Source: an uncultured Granulosicoccaceae bacterium (lineage in GTDB: Bacteria; Pseudomonadota; Gammaproteobacteria; Granulosicoccales; Granulosicoccaceae). Taken from it: a stretch of 64,000 nt of DNA. The notes beneath the pieces are model-generated. The model was not told the origin of the DNA. It saw only the letters and a list, made by a program, of their open reading frames with translations, and made no database searches. Of the stretch, positions 57,123 through 64,000 are shown piece by piece. Each line of letters begins with the position of its first letter. The stretch's first letter is position 1. The stretch covers positions 47,379-111,378 of the forward strand of contig CALLLW010000012.1 of assembly GCA_938007995.1 (NCBI GenBank), read 5' to 3'. Made by a program: the position numbers and the translations under genes.

Positions 57123-57827
57123 TTGAATGGGATTCAATCATGCGTTGCCACTCCGGTGCGCTTGCCGTTTTTCGCCAACAGCGCGAGGCTGCACTCGATT
57201 GCATCGCAAAAATTCAGTAGCCCCAATCTCTCATTCATTCAGATAGCGCAGGAAAAAGCGCTTTGGCATCAGATCAATAGCCAGCAGCCCGATATTGTAC
57301 TGTTGGGTGCTGACAACACTCTGTTGAAAACCAGAGCCATCACTAGACTTGATCTGATTTCTAAACGACCGGTGATCATCGCTCTGATTGACACTACTGA
57401 TGAGGCTACGCTGACCGAGTGCTATAAACAGGGCGCAGATAGAGTCGTCATCATGAAATACTGTACTGCAGAAATTCTCACTGCACTGCTACGCACGTTT
57501 TCGCAACGTGAGCCAAGCTTTCCACCCTATCAAATACGTTCAAACCTACAAACCTTCAGCTTTGATAATGTCAGTGTTCGCCTCACAAAAAAAACATTCG
57601 ACCTGGCGCAATATCTTTTCCTCAACCACGGAGAGCTGCTTTCCAAGTCGACCATACTCCGCGATGTGTGGGGCCTTGAAAGCAACAGTTGTTTGACTCG
57701 AAGAGTCGAAGTTCAAATATCGCATATTCGCAAAGCGCTGGCGCTGGACGGCACTCACGGATGGGAGCTCAAAGTCAGAAGGCGTGTCGGCTATGGCGTA
57801 TTTGAAAAAACACCTGAAAGCACTTAA
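57123..57827 (+). CDS. OmpR/PhoB-type winged-helix regulator with degenerate (pseudo-)receiver domain
   Basis: The C-terminus VRLTKKTFDLAQYLFLNHGELLSKSTILRDVWG...RRVEVQISHIRKAL is a trans_reg_C domain. The N-terminal CheY-like fold has PFFANS in place of the acidic pair and DIVLLGAD (Gly) at the phospho-acceptor position. The TTG start at 57123 was chosen by alignment to the paralogue; the track start is the GTG at 57105. Confidence 0.65.
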   Translation: MNGIQSCVATPVRLPFFANSARLHSIASQKFSSPNLSFIQIAQEKALWHQINSQQPDIVLLGADNTLLKTRAITRLDLISKRPVIIALIDTTDEATLTECYKQGADRVVIMKYCTAEILTALLRTFSQREPSFPPYQIRSNLQTFSFDNVSVRLTKKTFDLAQYLFLNHGELLSKSTILRDVWGLESNSCLTRRVEVQISHIRKALALDGTHGWELKVRRRVGYGVFEKTPEST

Positions 57828-58187
57828 ATAACCGGTGTTAAGGAGTTATCGGGCTCGTAAGCTTTGATCGCTCATTCCGTATCAGATAGCAAGGTCTGGC
57901 GATTGAAGAATATCTGTGAACAGAACATGCACGCGTTGTATTAATTAAAGGTATTTTTGTGCAATTTCCGGCAATACATGAAGCTGGTTCAATAATGAAA
58001 TTTTCTAAACGAATCAAATAGTAAATGATTGATCACGTACTGAACTTATCGAAGCAGGGTTTATCACAGAGGCTGATCGTGGAGGTTGGAATATCCCATA
58101 CATCCACAAAAACAATCTATAGGAGATAGCAGACAAACCTTTGGAACATTGAATCGAACTAAAGTTGGCATCTGCTTAGTACAGGCT

Positions 58188-58904
58188 ATGAATAAACCTT
58201 TCCAGTTACCACCTACAGACCCTAACGTTCCTTTCTACTCGCAAAGCGCAAAATTTCATGCAGCAGTCAGCCAGTGGGTATCTGAACACGGCTTGCCACT
58301 TGAGTTACATCGCTACAAAGAATCTGTATTGCGCCACATAAGCCGCAAGCACCCGCAGGTTGTTGTACTGGGGGTCGACAAGTCTTTCCTGTCGAAAAAT
58401 ATTGTCGCTGAAATATCGACCAGCAACAACAGGCCCACCATCGTGTGCCTGATTGATTCCTGCAGTGAACAGGCTGTGGTTGAGTGTTACGCACAGGGAG
58501 CAGACAGAGTTATCACGTTACAGAACTCTACCCCCGGCATACTGGTCGCACTGTTGGGTCGGCTGATCAGCTACGATCAGGACTATTCGCCATACCACAT
58601 CAATAAACAGATCCAGACGATCAGCGTTGCAGAACTGGATGTCCGCTTAACGAAAAAAACATTCGATGTAGCTCAATACCTGTTCGTCAATCACGGCAAA
58701 CTGATTTCAAAATCCAAGATTCTGCATGACCTCTGGGGACTCGACAGCAGACAATGCCTGACTCATCGCATTGAAGTACATGTGTCTCATGTTCGGCGTT
58801 TGCTGGAACTTGACGGCACTCACGGCTGGGAGATGCGAGCGCGCAGACGCATGGGCTATGGCATTTTTCAAAAACCGGAAAGCTTAAAAACCTATGCCGT
58901 GTGA
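58188..58904 (+). CDS. OmpR/PhoB-type winged-helix regulator with degenerate (pseudo-)receiver domain (paralogue)
   Basis: The ATG at 58188 (MNKPFQLPP...) aligns with the paralogue N-terminus. PFYSQS and QVVVLGVD (Gly at the acceptor position) are present. The C-terminus is VRLTKKTFDVAQYLFVNHGKLISKSKILHDLWG...HRIEVHVSHVRRLL. Confidence 0.65.
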   Translation: MNKPFQLPPTDPNVPFYSQSAKFHAAVSQWVSEHGLPLELHRYKESVLRHISRKHPQVVVLGVDKSFLSKNIVAEISTSNNRPTIVCLIDSCSEQAVVECYAQGADRVITLQNSTPGILVALLGRLISYDQDYSPYHINKQIQTISVAELDVRLTKKTFDVAQYLFVNHGKLISKSKILHDLWGLDSRQCLTHRIEVHVSHVRRLLELDGTHGWEMRARRRMGYGIFQKPESLKTYAV

Positions 58905-60223
58905 GGTAGCTGATGATCCAGATCATCTGCTGGCTCTAATTGCGCCGAAACAGCCAGGCTTTGTTCGAGCTCCGCGAGGGATCGCTCAAGTGTCGACATA
59001 CCAGTAGGTACATCCACTTTCGCTCCAAGCGCTGAGAGACTCGAACCCAGTGCGTGGAAAGCGCGAAACACATTGTGACTGCGGCACTGCTCTCCCATCT
59101 GCCCTATTCTGACGATCGGCGCACCGAAAGAACCGGAGATCTCTACCCGATAGCGATCCGAGGTGTATTTCATCAATTCAGCGGCTTCAATATTGTCTGG
59201 CAGACAAATCCCGATCACCGAATCGAGCCGGTGTTCTGTATCAACATAGAGTTTTAAACCGCAGGCCTCGATGCCACTTTGCAGCGCACTGGACGAACGC
59301 TTGTGGCGGTGAAATCGTACCGGTAGAGTTTCCTGACAAACCAGTCGCAATGCTTCATGTAAAGCCAACACTCCGGATACAGGGGCGGTGTAGTGGTAGG
59401 ATTTTCCGTACCAGAACCGATCCGCCAGCTGAGCATCAAGACACCAGTGACTTAAGTCAGCTTTGCGGGTACGGCGCTTTGTCCACGCTCTTTCAGAAAA
59501 AGCCACCAACGAAACACCGGGTATCGATGACAGACCTTTCTGACCACCGGTGATTACAGCATCTACCCCCCAGTCTTCCATCTGCAATGGCATCGTACTC
59601 AACGTACACACGGCATCAACGATCACCAGGCAACCGTGTTTACGTGCAGCCTCACATATGAGTGACAGCTGGCGATTACATACCGTGCTCGAAGTTTCAC
59701 CCTGCACGATGGTCAGCACCTTCGGGTTGTGTTTTTCAAGCAAGCGCGTGACTGCCTCGGCGGCTACTGACTCACGCTCGGCAACCGTGTGACGAACAAC
59801 ATCGGCACCCAGCCTGGTAGCCATCTCGGCCAGCCGGCCACTGAAATACCCGTTACAGATACAGAGGCATTTATCATCCGGTTCAAGCAGATTGGCAACT
59901 GCCATTTCCATCGCTGCAGAGCCAGGCCCTGCAACGCCCAATATGCGTGCCGTGTCTGACTGAAACACATAGTTAGCCATAGACTTCACCTGCTCAACCA
60001 CAGCAACCATGGCATCACCCAGGTGATTGATCACAATCGAATTGGCGTGCGCCACGGCGGCCGGAATCGGCACCGGACCAGCGCCCATCATTAGCAGTGG
60101 TTCGTCGGGAAGAATATCAGACAGCATTCTGATTGCCGACGGCGGGCACTCTACCCGCAGACTGCGGCCTTTGTCGGTTGATCCCATAATTGCTGTCGGA
60201 GACTGATGGTTTTGATAATCCAC
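58892..60223 (-). CDS. class V (AGXT/serine-pyruvate type) PLP-dependent aminotransferase
   Basis: 443-aa ORF. It carries LLMMGAGPVP, DAVCTL and ITGGQKGLSSIPG (PLP Lys). The true start is possibly an internal Met (60187 or 60127). It has a C-terminal extension of about 40 aa. Confidence 0.75.
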   Translation of the reverse strand: MDYQNHQSPTAIMGSTDKGRSLRVECPPSAIRMLSDILPDEPLLMMGAGPVPIPAAVAHANSIVINHLGDAMVAVVEQVKSMANYVFQSDTARILGVAGPGSAAMEMAVANLLEPDDKCLCICNGYFSGRLAEMATRLGADVVRHTVAERESVAAEAVTRLLEKHNPKVLTIVQGETSSTVCNRQLSLICEAARKHGCLVIVDAVCTLSTMPLQMEDWGVDAVITGGQKGLSSIPGVSLVAFSERAWTKRRTRKADLSHWCLDAQLADRFWYGKSYHYTAPVSGVLALHEALRLVCQETLPVRFHRHKRSSSALQSGIEACGLKLYVDTEHRLDSVIGICLPDNIEAAELMKYTSDRYRVEISGSFGAPIVRIGQMGEQCRSHNVFRAFHALGSSLSALGAKVDVPTGMSTLERSLAELEQSLAVSAQLEPADDLDHQLPHTA

Positions 60224-60346
60224 TTATAATTCCGGGTTATTGAAGTGTCGCTTTGAGACAATAGTATATCAACTGACGCAGAAATTTCATTGATTGATGA
60301 TCAAAGCTGGATCAGATTAAACACAACTGCTTCAGCAAAGCTGGCT

Positions 60347-62101
60347 CTACACCGCCCAGCACCCAAGCGTCTGCTGTTTCTCGACGTGCAGATCTATGCT
60401 GCATGGTTTTTTGCAGGCATCCTCCGGCTCACCAGGCATTTCAAAACGACGCAGAAATGTTTTTATGCGATCACAATCTTTGTGCTTATCCAGAATTTCC
60501 TGATCGATCCAGTGCAACTTGCCATCTTTAAAAACCACAGACACCAATGCTGAATTCTGATCTGCGAAACGCACGGTTTTTATAGAGGCAATACATCTTG
60601 ATATGAATTTTTCATTGGTATCTTCCAAACCGAGATCCTGAAATACCTGCTCCGGCGTTGTTGCATCAATATTGATCTTTCGATACCGATCAATGTTTTG
60701 CATCAAAGAAAAATCAAGGATGTTCAGCTCATGATTACAGCCAAACGCTACTGTCTTTGGTACATTGCCTTTGGGTACATTATTATCGAGAAATTCAAAA
60801 CGTACCCGTTTATCATCAGACATTACCCAAGATAAAAACAGCTCCGGCATGCCGGTATAGGCTTCCACATTGTGGTACAAAAGATCATCAACAGATTTAT
60901 AGCGCCCGGTTGTTTTACCTCTCTCCCATGCGCGTTCAACCGTTTCTGCCGGCGGGGTGATCATAAAAAATAAAAAGATCTGATCTCCAAAACGCGACAG
61001 CAGCCTTGAATCATGACTACGACCTTTTTCAACACTGAAGCTATCAAAACGAAAACGGTCAATCAGTAAGTGAGGAATCTCACCCAGTGACGCCTTGCGC
61101 TCCATATAACGATCAAGCTTAGCGTCTATCAGCGCAAGCTCCTGCCCTGTCAGCATTGCTGCATACTTAAAATGCTCACCCACAGAACTATAATCAAGCA
61201 GGTATTTTCTCCAGTAGTCAGGACTGATCACAGCAAATTCGTGCCATGGAATATCGAGCTTTTCGGCAAGCTCCCGTTGCTGCTGCCGAATAGAGCTCTT
61301 GCCCGAAGCCGAAGCCCCTTTAACGTTCATGACCACGGGCTTAGTTTGAAGAGGCAACTTTTTAAAGCCCTCGGCGATCACAGCGCGGTTGAATATTGGC
61401 TCAACCATCGTGGCAATCAGGTTGTTGCCAATCTCGTTGGAAGCAAGACCAACGGCAATCTCTGCTAACAACTCCGGCTGATTAACTAACCGCCCACGAT
61501 GCCTGATCACTGCAGTCACCGTGGTATCCAATGCATTCAAACAAACCACCTGATGACTGTCCGCACCCTCAGCTAACAATCTGCGCCACTCGCTCAGTGC
61601 AGCAGGTTCTAACGGATCTTCTGATGGTGCCGTTGGCTTCGGCGTACGCTTAAACCAGCGAGTCAGTAAAGAGCCTGACTGCGGCGCAGGCTCAGCTCGA
61701 CTAAACAAACGACTACCGATCTGATTGTCTATAAATATTTGTGCTTTATTAACCTCCGAATCATGGGCTTGCTGAAGCGATGGCATTTCAGGCAGCAGGT
61801 AGTTCTGATAAATACTCGCAACCATCGAACGCAAGCTGATACCCAGATCTTCGTAGTTCGGGCCGTCCGGTACAAACAGATCGCAGGTGACTTTAACCAA
61901 CAGCTCGTGTATCACCAGGCGCTGAGGTCGGAACACCATCAGTTGTTCCGATTTAAGCCCACAAAAATCAGCCAACTCGCGAGCTTTGACATAATCCACT
62001 GTCGACACTTCATTTCGGAACAGTGTGACTTCAGGCAGCAGAGAGGCAGGAATACTCGATCGAAGACCGGGCGCCCAGGCGTTATATTCATCTGAGCGCA
62101 T
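60347..62101 (-). CDS. uncharacterised 584-aa protein with central P-loop kinase (zeta-toxin/AAA_33-like) domain
   Basis: Walker A is VMNVKGASASGKSSI and a Walker-B-like motif is PHLLIDRF. The lid-like segment FFMITPPAETVERAWERGKTTGRYKSVDDL is present. The N-terminal roughly 250 aa and C-terminal roughly 130 aa were not recognised. Confidence 0.5.
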   Translation of the reverse strand: MRSDEYNAWAPGLRSSIPASLLPEVTLFRNEVSTVDYVKARELADFCGLKSEQLMVFRPQRLVIHELLVKVTCDLFVPDGPNYEDLGISLRSMVASIYQNYLLPEMPSLQQAHDSEVNKAQIFIDNQIGSRLFSRAEPAPQSGSLLTRWFKRTPKPTAPSEDPLEPAALSEWRRLLAEGADSHQVVCLNALDTTVTAVIRHRGRLVNQPELLAEIAVGLASNEIGNNLIATMVEPIFNRAVIAEGFKKLPLQTKPVVMNVKGASASGKSSIRQQQRELAEKLDIPWHEFAVISPDYWRKYLLDYSSVGEHFKYAAMLTGQELALIDAKLDRYMERKASLGEIPHLLIDRFRFDSFSVEKGRSHDSRLLSRFGDQIFLFFMITPPAETVERAWERGKTTGRYKSVDDLLYHNVEAYTGMPELFLSWVMSDDKRVRFEFLDNNVPKGNVPKTVAFGCNHELNILDFSLMQNIDRYRKINIDATTPEQVFQDLGLEDTNEKFISRCIASIKTVRFADQNSALVSVVFKDGKLHWIDQEILDKHKDCDRIKTFLRRFEMPGEPEDACKKPCSIDLHVEKQQTLGCWAV

Positions 62102-62192
62102 TGCTGTTACTCCGGACTACAAGCGAGCCGTGGCGGTAAAACGACTAACCGCCCAATGTCGCGAGTGTACAAATCAGCAGACAATGTGCACG

Positions 62193-63716
62193 TTACGCCG
62201 CGCCTGCCGCATCCAGACTTCTGCGTTTTCTGATTCGTGCGTAGATCGGATAACACACCAGCACCAACGCGATCAAAATACAGATCCCGCTGATAGGCCG
62301 GGTCACGAAAGTGGTAAAGTCCCCTTGCGACGCCAGCAGTGACTGACGCAGTGATCGCTCCGCCAAAGGCCCAAGTACAATGGCGAGTACCGCGGGAGCT
62401 ACCGGATAATTTAGCTTGCGCAACAAGTACCCGACGATACCAAATACAAACATCAGCCAGACATCATGCATGGTTTGCGTCGGTGCGTAGCCGCCGACCA
62501 CACAGAGTATGTAGATAATCGGAGCCAACACAGTAAACGGCATTGTCAGCACTTTTACAAACAGCGGAATAAAAGCAAGATTGATTAATAGCGTTACGAA
62601 GTTTGCTATATATAGTGATCCGATCAAGCCCCAGACAAACTCCGGATGCTCTGTGAACAGAAGCGGTCCGGGGCGTAGCCCCCAGATAATCATTCCACCG
62701 AGCAGAATTGCTGTCGTTGGTGACCCTGGAATACCCAGAGTAATCATCGGTAACATCGAGCCGGTCGATGCAGCATTGTTTGCCGCTTCAGGTGCTGCAA
62801 CACCTGCCACATTGCCTTTGCCAAAACTTTCAGGATTTTTTGAAAACGTTTTTGCCAGCCCGTAGGACATCAGTGATGCTGGTGTTGCCCCTGCTGCCGG
62901 CAGAGTACCAACAAAATAACCCAGCACCGAACCGAGTGACGTGGTGCCGATGTAACCTTTCACTTCCTTAAGATTGCCCATCAATGAAGAGAAAGACATC
63001 TTCACTTTGTGTACTGTGACTTTGCCCTGTGAGGTCTCGAGCGTCCACAGCATTTCACCAATACCGTAAATACCAATAGCCAGTACCAGAAAATTGATGC
63101 CATGAAGGAAGCCTGAGATATCACCAAATATCAAACGCGGTTTACCGGAAATAATATCCAGCCCGACAGTCGCGAGTACCAGACCAATCAGAATTGAAAA
63201 AATAGTTTTCGGAATATCATCGCCACCAAGCCCGATGAACGTGGCAAACGCCAGCAGCATCAGTGCAAACTCCTCAGGTGGCCCGAACTTCAGCGCAAAA
63301 GATGCCAGCGGTGGTGCAAACAGTGTAAACAGAACAACAGAAATTGTTCCACCAATAAAAGAGGCCACAGCTGCGGCAGTAAGTGCTTTATCTGCTTTGC
63401 CTGACTGCGCCAGCGGGCGACCGTCAAACACGGTAGCCACTGCAGTTGATGCCCCCGGTATGCCCAGCGTGATCGAACTGATCGCACCCCCATACATCGC
63501 GCCGTAGTAAATCGCTGCCAGGAATATAATGGCTGCAGTCGGTGGTACCAGGAACGTGATGGGCAACAGGATAGCAACACCGTTAACCGAACCCAGACCG
63601 GGCATCGCACCAACCAACAACCCCACTGTGCAACCGATGATGATCATCGTCAGATTGATCGGTTGCAGTGCCTCTAAAATGCCGGCTCCCAACAGCGTCA
63701 GGACTGAATCCATCAT
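62193..63716 (-). CDS. tctA: tripartite tricarboxylate transporter permease TctA
   Basis: 507 aa, polytopic. GAMPGLGSVNGVAILLP and GIPGSPTTAILLG are typical TctA repeats. Confidence 0.9.
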   Translation of the reverse strand: MMDSVLTLLGAGILEALQPINLTMIIIGCTVGLLVGAMPGLGSVNGVAILLPITFLVPPTAAIIFLAAIYYGAMYGGAISSITLGIPGASTAVATVFDGRPLAQSGKADKALTAAAVASFIGGTISVVLFTLFAPPLASFALKFGPPEEFALMLLAFATFIGLGGDDIPKTIFSILIGLVLATVGLDIISGKPRLIFGDISGFLHGINFLVLAIGIYGIGEMLWTLETSQGKVTVHKVKMSFSSLMGNLKEVKGYIGTTSLGSVLGYFVGTLPAAGATPASLMSYGLAKTFSKNPESFGKGNVAGVAAPEAANNAASTGSMLPMITLGIPGSPTTAILLGGMIIWGLRPGPLLFTEHPEFVWGLIGSLYIANFVTLLINLAFIPLFVKVLTMPFTVLAPIIYILCVVGGYAPTQTMHDVWLMFVFGIVGYLLRKLNYPVAPAVLAIVLGPLAERSLRQSLLASQGDFTTFVTRPISGICILIALVLVCYPIYARIRKRRSLDAAGAA

Positions 63717-64000
63717 GATGCTTCTCCTTCAGAGGCGGGTCGAGTGGCTGAATCAGAAACTGCTGCAATATCCGGCACGGTTGCTTTGGAGCGCCGTCTT
63801 CTGAACCAGTGTCTCAACCAATAGGCAATAACAATAATCACCGCAATAATCGGCAGAAAAACAATGGAGTACTGGGCAGTAGCCAACATGTCTTTGGTGT
63901 TTTGCGCGTAAATCAGGTCATACACCGGATAGAAAGCCGGATCAGTAAAGGCCTTCGGCAGTGGGATAGTCAGCGCCACTTCAAACAGGCAAAAGATAAA
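63713..64000 (-). CDS. tctB: TctB-like small membrane protein (N-terminus probably beyond the right edge)
   Basis: The frame stays open to the window end (..FIFCLFEVALTIPLPKAF..). It has TM segments and a 4-nt overlap with the tctA start. The position is typical of tctB, but sequence conservation is weak. Confidence 0.5.
   Translation of the reverse strand, partial: FIFCLFEVALTIPLPKAFTDPAFYPVYDLIYAQNTKDMLATAQYSIVFLPIIAVIIVIAYWLRHWFRRRRSKATVPDIAAVSDSATRPASEGEAS

Noticed and set aside
56860-57126. 88-aa plus-strand ORF upstream of the first regulator
   Set aside because: It has no RBS or family resemblance and lies in an AT-rich control region.

Overview
This window looks like chromosomal DNA from a heterotrophic, probably marine or aquatic, gammaproteobacterium-like organism. 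It is densely coding. I found no rRNA, tRNA, CRISPR array, transposase, integrase or phage genes by eye.

Gene content, left to right:
- 1-8116 (minus strand): the start of ccmA, then a complete MoxR/DUF58/DUF4381/VWA/VWA/TPR/BatD 'Bat' operon. The operon is interrupted by about 2.8 tandem copies of a 114-bp hairpin element.
- 8.2-10.4 kb: housekeeping-type genes (SDR, flavodoxin-like protein, S-formylglutathione hydrolase).
- 10.6-17.7 kb: a secreted-protein cluster. It holds three tandem GH12-like paralogues plus a protein with no catalytic domain. Together they carry 12 copies of a 23-residue two-cysteine module, C..SDPDGDG[YF]GWEN..C.
- 17.9-21.9 kb: SLT-type lipoprotein, rhomboid protease, amidase, HD-domain protein and fdxA.
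- 22.2-29.9 kb: CoA-transferase, hyuA, hyuB and a dimethylglycine/sarcosine-dehydrogenase-like gene.
- 30.1-56.5 kb: a segment bracketed by two inverted DUF3179 paralogues, containing:
  - a complete protocatechuate 4,5-cleavage cluster with pobA;
  - a decayed TRAP dctM gene and an internally deleted P450;
  - a stand-alone S24 peptidase-like gene and a cobA/cysG-like gene;
  - a dsrC-dsrM-dsrK module with no dsrAB in view;
  - a roughly 1290-aa galactose-oxidase-like copper radical oxidase with 2 PA14 and 3 CBM-like modules;
  - a Rieske / TrpD-like / class I aldolase-like / PfkB kinase operon.
- 57.1-64.0 kb: two tandem OmpR-type regulators with degenerate receiver domains, converging on a tctB-tctA / 584-aa P-loop protein / class V aminotransferase operon.

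All functional calls come from motif and architecture recognition by eye. No database search was run.
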